A stretch of 62,920 nt of DNA, the filler included, from Sluysia triapertura (taxonomy: Eukaryota): NCBI GenBank assembly GCA_046118255.1. It is 5 parts of 5 records of this genome, joined end to end, with 100 filler letters (N's around TTAATTAATTAA, not from the genome) between each part and the next. Parts side by side here need not be neighbours in the genome. Positions count along the whole stretch, not along the records: positions 12,153 to 23,757 come from JBJNIA010182890.1; positions 23,858 to 36,312 come from JBJNIA010107538.1; 3 more parts are not named here. One strand, given 5' to 3'. The translations under genes and the position numbers were made by a program. Shown here piece after piece: positions 12,571-23,982 of the stretch (position 1 is its first letter; each line of letters begins with the position of its first letter). The notes under the pieces were generated by a model that saw nothing but the letters and a program-made list of their open reading frames with translations, had not been told where the DNA came from and did not search any database.

Positions 12571-12808
12571 TAACATTTAATTCTCAATAATTAAATTTTT
12601 CGTCTACTGTTTAAGTTGAAATTATACTGTATGAGATTATTATTATTAATTGGATTTATCTACGAACATTTACTAATGACTAAAACCAGAATTGATTTAA
12701 CATTTAATTCGCAATATTTAAATTTTTGATCTGCTGCTTAAGTTGAAATTATACTGTATGAGATTATTATTATTAAGTGTATTTATCTACGAACATTTAT
12801 TAATGATA
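12571..12808. repeat. Imperfect tandem duplication, ~127-bp period
   Basis: TTAAGTTGAAATTATACTGTATGAGATTATTATTATTAA...ATTTATCTACGAACATTTA occurs twice. Confidence 0.9.
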
Positions 12809-13114
12809 AAGAAATTAGCTTAAATAAAATAAGATAAGTGAAAATAATTAATTAATAAAATTAGATTGTTTCTGAGACTCGTAGAAGCATGATTTTTCAC
12901 CATCAGTATCAGAAAAGTCTGTTGAATTTATAAATATATTTTACATTATTATATTTTAATGACCATGTAATCATGCATTAAATATGTATTTAAAAATTTA
13001 ACTATGTATTTATACTTAATAACAAAAAAACTTATTTATTGTTGTATTTATAAGTTGTATACCGTTTATGTTTCAAGAAATAACTTACACGAGTTACTGG
13101 AAAATTATGAATTA

Positions 13115-13239
13115 TTTAAGAATAAGGCAAATTTCTTTCTACGTCAGAAATATTATAGTGAATGATTTACCTTAAGCGCTTTTGAGTACTTACGCAGTAG
13201 ATATGAGCGCAATATAAATTAATATATTATTATTATTAT
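13115..13239 (+). repeat. Family B, copy 2
   Basis: CAGAAATATTATAGTGAATGATTTACCTTAAGCGCTTTTGAGTACTT..GC.GTAGATATGAGCGCAATATAAATTAATATATT, shared with 6391-6476. Confidence 0.9.
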
Positions 13240-16127
13240 CATTAAAAGTGAAAAGTATATAAAATAATTAACATATGGTTTTAATGCCATTTGAGGATGT
13301 GATTTTTGTCAAACATCTAATAACAATAATAATATATCGCCAATAATGATTATGATAAACATTTCAAAAATAATTCAATAAGAAAAAATGAATATTGCCA
13401 ACTGACAAACTATTTCCATTATATAGTGATTATGTTTAATTTTACTGTTATTATTATTAGTAATACGTTTTTGATACATTCATAATACAAATCCGCCAGA
13501 CATTTCCATTTAGTATTTGTAAATAAACTATAAAAAAATAACTTCGATATAATAAATAATTTATCAAATAATTAATTCAATATCGAAATAATAACTTGAT
13601 TTTTAAAATTTATATTTTATTATAAATTAATGTTGAATGCAAAATAAAAATTAAAAATATAATTTCAAACAGATCTAATCTCATCGTAAAGAAGCTACGT
13701 GATAGGTTAATTACCGATAGTATTGTCTCTACTGTGATTTTGTTGTACTTCTAATTTGACAAGAATATATCTACTTATTTCTAAATTTAGTAAAATATCA
13801 GTAAAAATTATATATACATATATAAGAATTGTTATTCCTATTTAAATGATGTGAGTACTTAAATTTTGACACCAAAACTCAAAACTCAAAAATGGAAATG
13901 AATATAATTGTTAATTATTTCTTTTGGTACCGGTTAAATAAATCATTAATCATAAGTCGCTTAGAAGTTAAGTATTAATGACCAAAACATATAGTAAGGG
14001 GAATAAAAATATTCGGAATATCTTGGTATATTTCCTTTAAAAAGATGGCATGGTTTATCACATGTGACAATACAAAAAAATTAAATAAATATAAATTTCT
14101 ACAATGATATCCTTCTTACATTTCCAAAAACTAAAGAATTCAGGATAAATTTTGCTCATTTAATGCTGAAACAAAAAGAAATAATGTTTCAGTCTGTTGT
14201 ATTTTCAGTTAGACGAAAATGGAATTTAGGTGGATCTGATGTTATACAGATTAATTTTGTTTGAAAATCTTTGATGGAATGAATTAATAATAATGCTAAT
14301 AAGATGAGATAAAAAATGTTTAAATACACGATAACCTATCTATAAAGTTTTTATCACACGCCAGTCACAAAGCCAAAAGTTATTACTAATAGGTTGTCTG
14401 ATAATAATACTTCAATTGACCAATACACTTACTCGATTGAAATAATATGGAAAACACTAGTAAGAGGTCTAACATAGATGCATAATAGTCTAACAAAAGA
14501 TATATATTGCATAATTCAATAACTCAAATGCTGATTATTATTTTTAATCATGAGCCTTCTTAAAATGTTAAACATATAGTTTTGAAAATATATACATTAC
14601 GCTTTTATTATTATCAAATTATTTTTATTTATAATGATAATAATAGTATTACATGAAAATAAGATATACAAAAGTAAAAATAGAATTTTACTTTTACATA
14701 TTTACTTAGTAGAAATACGTGAAATTAAAATAAGAGGAAAGTTTGATAATCTACCACTAAACCTTCATACAAAACCACTCATGAAATACAACCTTAAACC
14801 TGTGCATTACCATTTGATCTATTTTTTGCTATCTCATATACTTTCAATTAAATTAACAATAAATTAAAAAAATAAAATACTTGCATAAAAACCAAAAATT
14901 ATATTTAAAACCAATTAAAAATAAAAACATAAAAATTAATAGTAAAATAACACAATGAAAAAGAAATCGGTTTTTAATATTAGGTTGTCCCAAAAGATTT
15001 CGAAATTTGCTACTATTTAAATAAAATAACAAAAATAATTACATTGTAATTAGTTACTTTTTTGCTGCAAATTATACAGCTATTGAAGTTGGTAAAATAA
15101 GCTCTGTTTTAATATTAGTTTCTTAAGTTAATATTTAATTTGTTTAAAATTCGTCATATATTGTTTTGGAGAAATTTTGAATGGTTATAAGAAAATCTAT
15201 TTGACTAAAAAATTTGCTTAACATTAACTAAACGTCATGACAATAAAAGTATTTCAAAGTTAATAATATCTATAATCCGAACCAATCACATGATAAACAT
15301 TAATCTTTATCAGGTTATCCAATATTAATTTTGTCAATGAAAAACTAAATAGCCAATTAACCATACAGTTTTAGATATACTTTGAGGTGACCTCGATGAA
15401 TTGAAATGACAAAAACAAATGAATTTTAGTGACAAAAACGTTCTTAGAAATAAACTAAAACATGATTTATTAAGCTTTTCAAGCACGGATAGCGAAAAAT
15501 AAATCCATTTGACGAAATACAAACAAGACTTAGTTTGAACTAGAGGTGAGACTGGAAACATCTTAAATCCTCTATTTATCACACACGCACATTTAGTTTT
15601 CGGTTAAATTTCAAAGTTCATTTGTAACACTTTGATGGACGTACAAATGTTACGGAATACCGCTTTATGATGACGAGATAAATGATTAGAACTAAACTAA
15701 AAACAGGAAAGCTAAGGTTTAAACACATTGCACTTTTTTCACTCCTTTATGACATTGCAAGACTATAAAATTATATATCGATAACTTTATTCGATAATTA
15801 TTTACAATGTCTTTTGGTGACAAATCGTTCGCATTAATGAATTTATTTTCTTTTAATAATAAATGTGTCTACTAATAATAGAGCAGGTTTTAGTAGTAAT
15901 TTTTAAATACTTTTGGAACAATTTAATAAAATAAATATATTAAAATATTTAAACAATGACTCAATAAAAAAGCTATTAAAAATGATATAAAATTTTCTGG
16001 TCTATTGCAAATGCATTTAAACATATTATATTGCATTAAAAGTTATTTTATTTATATTTATATGCATGGACTTTATCTGGATTTCTTAATTTATGTTATT
16101 TTCGATATTTATTTCATATACCAAATA

Positions 16128-17167
16128 CGTGGTGTATTCAATAAGTATCCAGACCGTATCAGGAAGATTAAATTAATATTTAATACTCCAACATTACTTA
16201 TATTGGGTATTATCAGTATAGTTTGTTTGAATAGATCATATATGGATTACTGCATAGTACCGTTTATTCAAAATTAGTTTCTCGTGCTGCACTACGTTAA
16301 ATACTGAATCACGATAAAGTTTTTTGTTTTATCACTAATAAACAAATCCCGAATTTACTAAAGATAACTTATGATAACGAATGTTCCTCATAAACTAAAA
16401 CCTCTGATAGAATCTGTCAGTTCAAGACGTGTTAGAGGTAAATGTTAAATGATGAGAAACTTGGTTGGGTGAGTAACATTAGTGATAAAAAAAAACGCTG
16501 AATCACCACCAAGAACCTGTCACAAAAGCTCCATGTGAGTGTTGAAATTGTGCAAGCAATCTTGAATGACTTTGAAATCACGATAATCCTAGTATGGTTA
16601 CGAATTTAGTAAAAGAGAGGTCATTTAATATCGCCGTGTGCTTAGACCCTAATCGAAGTAACACTGCTTATTAGAATTTGTATCTGTATATACTTTTTGC
16701 CATTATGATGAGCACGTTAACGTTATAAATGTTAAGCGCAAAAGCTCGTGGCTATGGAAAATGTTTTCGATCTATTATTGGTATATTAAATGTTGAAATT
16801 GATTCTAATAATCATAATTTAATTATAATTAACCTTCATGTTTATAAACGCCGTTGTAGATCCTAATTAAAAAATATTACTATATTACACAATACGTCAA
16901 ATCACAAAAGAGGTCAAACAATGACAATAGTTGAAATAAGTGAGTCATCCTTGTTACAGCTCCACTGGCGCACCTAGTGATTTCTATTTCTTCAGACATT
17001 TAAGAGTAAAAGTCTTTGAAAATTTAGATAAAATGAAAGATACGATAACAGTTTAACTTACCTTTCAGAACCTTATCTCTTTATTTAGTTGAACAATGAA
17101 AAGTGTGGATAATGGCGGTTATATTGTTTTTTTAGAGTTTAATCAAAAACTTATTGAATATACCACT
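16128..17167 (+). mobile_element. Degenerate mariner transposon with both TIRs
   Basis: TA + CGTGGTGTATTCAATAAGT ... ACTTATTGAATATACCACT + TA. Internal remnants of YSPDLAPSDF (..LAHLVISIS / APSDFYFFRHL near 16960-17000) and KCVDNGG near 17100. Confidence 0.85.
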
Positions 17168-18051
17168 TAAGTAACCGGTTTCTGGAAGTTGAATTAGGTC
17201 ATTTCTTGCTTTCATAATAACAATATTAATATTAATAAAATAATCTAAATAACATTCACTAAAAAAATAAAATTACGCTACATAATTATTATATCAAATT
17301 ACTTCACATTTCTTCAAGTTATTATAAAATACCACATAAATTTAGTCAATGAAAACAAAAATGACTAATATACTATTTGATGTATACTTAAATTGACAAA
17401 CAAGTTTAAATTACAGAAGTGGAATCAGAAGTAGATGATCAGATAATTACCACCTTTCTATGCAATTACTATTTGAATCAACAGACAAATTGAGCAAATA
17501 CACTATATCATTTAAGCTTTAGTTTTAGTAAAAAAATTTTCCGTTGCTATTTTACCTTATAAAGGCTTTCGTCTTTCGGCTTATATTATTTTTACAGTAA
17601 CATTGTAACTTCAATTATTATTATCATTATAATTATTATTTAATATTATCCATTTCATTAGATCTCAAAGTCTTACAAACTGTTCAAATTCTTTCTACAA
17701 ATACCTCTAAATACAACTGTTTTGCGTAGTTAACTTATTGTAAAAATTTTAATTTTAGAATAAAATTAACTTTCAAAATGTAATTTTTATAAGTAATGAT
17801 TTTGTAAATATGAATTTACTTAACAATTTTTCTATATGCAAATCTAAATAATTGTAAATATTTAAAAAAATTCTCTGAGCTAATGAATTTTTGAAACATT
17901 GACATAATAATAAATAATAAAATATTTAAAAATAAATTATATAAAAATTTAGAATGTTTGTATTACTTTGAATGGCATCCAAATACCAGACAAGTAAAAA
18001 TTTTGAAATAATAATTTGCCTATTATTTAACAACTTATTTAATAACTTATA

Positions 18052-18065
18052 CATTATTATTATTA

Positions 18066-18120
<55 letters not shown>

Positions 18121-18145
18121 TATTATCGTCATCATCATTATCATT
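18052..18145. repeat. (ATT)n microsatellite
   Basis: Direct reading. Confidence 0.97.
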
Positions 18146-18250
18146 AAAAATGTAAATAATAGACAAAGTATTATTTAAATAATTTATTTAATTTAATTCA
18201 AATAATTTAAAGTTTTAAACTGTTCTGATTAATAAAAACAAATATAATTT

Positions 18251-19150
18251 TCATAATTCATCAGAATGCCTCTTCATTTTTATATATTCATTTCTTGAAA
18301 GACCTTGAACACAAATAGCTTCATGATCATACTTATCTGGTAAGCAAATGTTTACGAGTTGAAAAAATTCTTCAAGAGCCATATGATCAGGATAATTTTT
18401 ACGCCTACAGAGAAGATTTTTCACTTCTTTATAATAATTAGCAGCATAAGGCCAAAATACTCGTTTCTCATTAACCCTTACTTGAATTCTAAAACCTTGG
18501 CGTTCTTCATCAACCATATGTGGACAATAATACATATCTAATGCCAAATTTCCAGCAAATGGTACCATATTGGAAACTCTAAATGTAGAAAAACGTTTTG
18601 ATGAATCTGATAATAAAGTCACACGAGTATTGTATGCAGGTGCAATCATAGGTTCTGATTGATTGAAAAGGCCGAGCGTAGTAATTGCAGGAATAAGAGT
18701 TTCAGCATGACCAAACCACATAGTAGCTCTATAATATGGTTGCCAAAGTAAATAAGAATTTAAGCATCACTTTTTTTGCTAAAGTGTATTGTTGTAACGC
18801 TGCTTTATAACTTCGAGCTGCTGCAATAATTTCCTGTAATATTTGTGAATATAGTGCACATGACTGCATCCAATTTACATCTGCCGCATAACTTTTCATC
18901 CAATAATGTTCTAAATCGTAGAGGTATTCTAGGATAGGAAAATGATGTGGTTCAAATAAAGAGCACAATGGGGACGATTAAATCGGAGAAAATGAATCAT
19001 TTTCTAGCAATACTGAAAGACCATCACCAGCTGGTGTTTGCTGCGATACTGGACGTTTTATAATTATTTAATTCTGCTACAGCACGTTTTGTATTTCGAA
19101 AATTACTTTCTCCAGATGGTACAGACAGACTTTGTTCAAAACTGATGAAA
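18251..19150 (-). pseudogene. MINPP1: Multiple inositol polyphosphate phosphatase 1-like, 3' half; apparently disrupted
   Basis: SPLCSLF...LEYLYDLEHYWMKSY...SCAL, FGHAETL and FRVSNMVPFAGNL...YYC match MINPP1 motifs. There is an in-frame TAA at 18978-18980, a frameshift near 19070, and a ~42-nt GT-AG intron (about 18729-18770) that does not restore phase. The N-terminal RHG exon is not in the contig. Confidence 0.8.
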
Positions 19151-19474
19151 TATGCATCGATGGATCTTGCTTATAGAAAAGTACAAATTTTCCGGTATCA
19201 CAGTCAGATATATTGCGTAGTATAAAAAAAGAGAAAGAAAGATTGATAATAAAATAAACGAAAAAAATAACAGAAAAAGGAAATAATAATGATAACAATT
19301 ATGTGGTTATTGTGTTTATTAATACTGAAATACTTATGTTGAAATTTATTACGAAATTTATTATGAGAATTATTATAAACGTTGTTATTTGATATTATAC
19401 AACAATAATGACTATAATTATTTTATATTTTAATACGATTTGAATTGTAATAATAATAGTGATAGTCATGATAA

Positions 19475-20575
19475 TTAGATGTGATAGTCATGTTTGATTT
19501 TGAATGAGTTTGGTAGTTTGTTTAATAGTTTGTGTATATGTGAAGTGTTTTCATGTGATGAAATGTTATGGACTTTGTGTGATGAATTCCCCACACTCAC
19601 CAATATATTAAAAAGAGAGATGGAATCCTTCGTGTGCTGCTCACAAGTAAATGACTTTGGCACGAAGGTATAAAGCATGTGTAAGAGTCTTCGAGTTCTG
19701 GAAATTGGATTAAGAGTTGTATAAGATACCAGGCTGGTGCAGGTCATATTTACGACACCTTGCAACCAACCGTATGGAATGCCCAATGTTCTGATTATGA
19801 GTTCTGGGTGAAAAGACACCAGAACTTTATTGTACAAAGAGATCATCCAACACTTTCGGATATCGTTGATGTCCTTTGCGATGCTTATATAATTTTCCTT
19901 TAGGCCATGATCGATAGTTAAATAATTTTTTATTCTTATCCTTGGCTTAATTATTTCAGTCATATGGAATGTCTGGTGATAAGGCATCATACACATTTTG
20001 ATAATCTGATGCTTATCTCTGAAATCCAGAATGCATTGCGCACCTATAAAAGCTAAATGCGATTTTTCAGATAAGGAAATTTCTGGAGTGTGCGTAAATG
20101 CAATGTACATAGAATTGGTATCCGAGGCGTATAATAATGGATACTTATCTAAATTAGGCTTATTTTCTTCTAGCGCGAATAAGACTGCAAAAGTTGTTGG
20201 AAGCTCGACTGGTTCTACATATATTCTGCACTTGTCCGAAGCGTTGGTAATATATAAGGAAGAATAACTCTGGATACGAAATTGTAATGGTACGAAATCG
20301 ACACGCATAGTAATCTTGATGTTGCCCCTTGCTGCAGCAATTAAGATCGTCTGATTATTCTCGGGGTATCCTTGCAAAAGATTAAGTACTAGAGGCACTT
20401 CTATTGTGTTCACACGAAAAAGGTGAGTAATGTAAGGCTCGTCTAATTCATTTTGGTTTAAAGAATGTTATAGGAGAATCATTTTGGTCACAATATCTGT
20501 CAATGCCGTTATAGAAGGAAGAAATGTTGTTTATTGTTTTTGCATGTGGCATAGACATGTTTTGGTACAAAGTTT
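19475..20575 (-). CDS. Orphan frame (~365 codons; 312 aa from the track's GTG), probable mobile-element accessory gene
   Basis: Long ORF in AT-rich DNA. The same frame extends to a TTTAG acceptor at 20576 through two TAA codons. No recognisable domain. The last ~38 codons plus downstream sequence recur at 32260-32550. Confidence 0.65.
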
Positions 20576-20806
20576 CTAAATAATAATAATATACATAAAG
20601 CAAGTGAAAAGGTATATAAACAAATGGAAAAAGTAAAATACGCGTTAGTTTAATTTATATTTTATATTTTTTATTTATTTAATTACAAAACCTTATGTTA
20701 CTTTTAGGAGTAAAAAAGAAATTAAACAATCCTAATTATGTTTTTTCTTAATAAATGGATTGGCTATTTTATTTTTATGATATAGTCCTGCTCGTTTGTA
20801 AAGACG

Positions 20807-21196
20807 TCATCTTTGACGACGACGTCTGTTATGCCTCTGAGACTTCGTCAAACCAGAGGGATAGTTTGGAGGAGGTACTGCTATTAAGTACTGTTTGTTA
20901 TTTTTCTTAGTTTGATTTGGACGATGGATTATGACCTCCTCTACCTCAATGTGTTGATTATGCAAATAATCTGGTATTTTTTCTAGAGTATAAGACAATT
21001 GGTATTTTCCTTTATAATAAGTGTGAACTTCCTCTACAGGTGTTCTACACATTGGACAATTCATAAAATCTGTAGTAGTATGATGAAAAAGGGTAATGAT
21101 GCATTTGAAGTGAAATTTATGTGAACAAGGATGGGTGTTTATGTAATGTTTGTGGATTGAATGTTGGCAGAATGGGCAGCGGTGAAAGTGTATATT
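20807..21196 (-). CDS. RING-H2 (C3H2C3) finger protein exon with Arg-rich C-terminus
   Basis: Extending the track ORF upstream to the acceptor TTTTCCTTTTTTAG gives NIHFHRCPFCQHSIHKHYINTHPCSHKFHFKCIITLFHHTTTDFMNCPMCR, with all eight ligands. It ends GLTKSQRHNRRRRQR*. Confidence 0.88.
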   Translation of the reverse strand, partial: NIHFHRCPFCQHSIHKHYINTHPCSHKFHFKCIITLFHHTTTDFMNCPMCRTPVEEVHTYYKGKYQLSYTLEKIPDYLHNQHIEVEEVIIHRPNQTKKNNKQYLIAVPPPNYPSGLTKSQRHNRRRRQR

Positions 21197-21419
21197 CTAA
21201 AAAAGGAAAAATATAATATAATATAGTAATATTATTTTAAAGTTAGTTAGTTGATTAATTAATTAGTAAAAATAATATAGTTATGATCCTAAGTATGTAC
21301 GTTACTATAAAACTACGAAAAGTATTAAACAGTAATGTTTATAAAGTTAGGTGACCGGCTGGACAGAGAATAACCGTCGACAGCGATCACTCGTAACTGT
21401 TTATATGTACTGTTTAATC

Positions 21420-22370
21420 CTATACTTTAATTGTATGTGTCAGTCTACGAGGTATCCTTATACACATTTTTATGGCTTCAGTCGTAAGATTGACTGCAAG
21501 CGAAGCATAAAGTACGAATATGATAATGCAAAGCTGAATGTTGATTTTAAATTCTTTAATGTCATAATTGTGTTTGAAAATTTTAGAGTTAATTAAGTTG
21601 GTTTTATTAATTTTATTAGATATTTTAGTTGTGATATTACTTATTGTTTCCTTAATTTGTATGGACTTACTTAATATATTCTTATCTATTTCAATTTCAT
21701 TAGTTGTAATTTCCTTAACAATAGGTATAACGAAATTATATGGTTTGGTGATCGTCCAGTCGTTTGCTTTTATTGATTCATTAACTTTAAGTATCCATAC
21801 ATACATAACTGAAGAGAATGACTCAGGATAATAATTTAGTGTAGTGGTATATTTTGGTGGAATTAGTACTGTAATAGTTTCTTTATCCGTTCTATATCTT
21901 ATTATAATTGAATTATTTACCAAAGGATTTGTTAATTTGATTAAATCGATTTCGTTAACTAATGCTGTTATGGAGCAGTTTAACCATTGTTTGCTAAATT
22001 TATCATAAAATTCGTAAAGCAATGTTTCAATCCAATAGTATTGAGTGTGTATTATTTTATCTATCAATTCCATTGTTATATTGACTCGATATAATTGGGA
22101 TTCAAATAGTTCTTCACATGTTAATACCCAATATTTCGAAGTTTTAATTGGTGTCGTAGAAGTGGTACAAAATTTATTAAAACAACAAGTAATGGATAAG
22201 CTAGTTAATTCTTCATCTTTTTGTTTAACTATTGCTATAATTGCGTCAGTCTTTGGTTGAATATTTACTTGTATATTATTATAGAATATTTTCTTAATTT
22301 ATCTATTATTGTTTTGGAGGAGTCTATAGTTGATATTAAACATATACATAGTAACACTGAAGATATTTGA
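21420..22370 (-). CDS. Envelope-like type I membrane glycoprotein ORF (frameshift after putative signal peptide)
   Basis: Frame is open 22298-21420 (293 codons): Cys cluster ITCCFNKFC..TC, several N-x-S/T sequons, amphipathic I/K/N segment, hydrophobic LCIIIFVLYASLAV and a short basic tail. Signal-like ISSVLLCICLISTIDS lies in an adjacent frame at about 22320-22367. Confidence 0.55.
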
Positions 22371-23757
22371 AATCCGCTATAATGTGTTGGTGATCTTACA
22401 ATTGCTATAATCTTTCTCCCCACGCTCTAGTACATGCCAGCAGTTGGCGCGGGATTCCATTTCTGTTTTTAACATATTATGCAATAGGGACGTGTCATTT
22501 TTGCCACAGGTGGTTCAAAATAAAAAATTAGATGTTACACCTTGCTCTACCTCTTCACTTTCTTCTTCTTCAAAAAATACTAAAAACACTTAAAAAATAC
22601 TAAAGCACACTTAACAATAAATTTAACTTCGATACACCAATTTTACATGAACACTACAAACAAATCACAAAAAACATATACGAGTCTCCAATCATCAAGA
22701 AAAGATAAAGAGATCCGCCTGCCACCGATAAGTCTCCGGAGGTGAATTCGGATGAAATCAAAACAATAGATATCAATATAAGCAAACTGATTAATAGCTC
22801 TCGACGATGAGGAAGAATTAGTTGATATCGATTTTGGTCATTTATCATCAGCACTTAACCCTGATGAATTTTTTGATTGTAGTGATGACATTATCGATCT
22901 GACTTTTTAACTTTTTAAATTGAAGACCAATTTTATTGGTCAGGGAAGGTGTTGTCATGATTGATTGAAAATAAAATATTGATTTGAACTTTGAAGTAAT
23001 ATTTATAATTGTGTGCAAAATATTTATAATTATGTGCAAGTTGTGCAAATTATTGATTTTATCCATCATTTATATTTGTAAAAAATTATATTTGTTTTCT
23101 GGATTTTACAAATTTTACAATAATAGTTAGTCATTTTATTTAATATTTAGTAATTTTATTAAATTTTGTTAATATAATCATTTTATTGAATTTTATTAAT
23201 GTAATTTTAAAATAATTAGGAATTTTATAATTAATTTAAATTATTTTGATGTTTAAATTTGACCTTCAAGGTCGACCCGCAAAAAGCAAAAAACATTTAA
23301 CTACACTTATTTTTGGTGAAGATAAATTATATTTTATAAAAGAATCAATACATTTTTGCGGATTGATCCAGTATTTTAAAAACTCTGTTTTTAAAGTATC
23401 ATTGTAAAATGCAACTAAAATCTTTTGTTATTGATTGGATCTTTTCATAGATCCGAAGTAAAATCTTTTTTAAAATATAAAATATTTTAAACATTAATAA
23501 ATTCTCTTACAAAATATCATTTATTATATTATTTTTTAATTTTATACATATATTTCATCTTTGATAATACATCTTTAAGAAAATCTTATTTTTGTTATCT
23601 AAAGTTAATAATTAATAATTTTTAAAAGGATCCTTTTAATAGGATAAAGTGTAGTGGGTATCTTGAAAGATTCGGTTACTTTTAAACTTTTTATGTTTTT
23701 ATAATTTTTTGGTTTTAGAAAATTAGAGTTTACTAAACTTGAATAACTAATCAATTT

Positions 23758-23857
23758 NNNNNNNNNNNNNNNNNNNNNNNNNNNNNNNNNNNNNNNNNNN
23801 NTTAATTAATTAANNNNNNNNNNNNNNNNNNNNNNNNNNNNNNNNNNNNNNNNNNNN
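23758..23857. other. Artificial contig linker
   Basis: N44-TTAATTAATTAA-N44. Confidence 0.99.
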
Positions 23858-23919
23858 ATTTATATTATATACGTAAAACTTGTTGTAATGATGAAATAAA
23901 TGTTTTAAATTCAATTCAT

Positions 23920-23982
23920 CAACTGCGCAGACGATGGTCCCTGGTTCGATCCCCGGTCAGTCATTTTTATGAAGTATAACAG
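23920..23982 (+). repeat. tRNA-derived repeat, 3' half (B box)
   Basis: CAACTGCGCAGACGATGGTCCCTGGTTCGATCCCCGGTCAGTC-ATTTTTATGAAGTATAACA; B box GGTTCGATCCC. Confidence 0.75.

Noticed and set aside
17926-18178. Poly-Ile ORFs
   Set aside because: Microsatellite artefacts.
18978-20540. Several in-frame TAA codons suggesting stop-codon reassignment
   Set aside because: TAA serves as a normal stop elsewhere (RING gene, 19475 ORF), conserved MARK and innexin exons contain none, and frameshifts co-occur. Decay is the simpler explanation.
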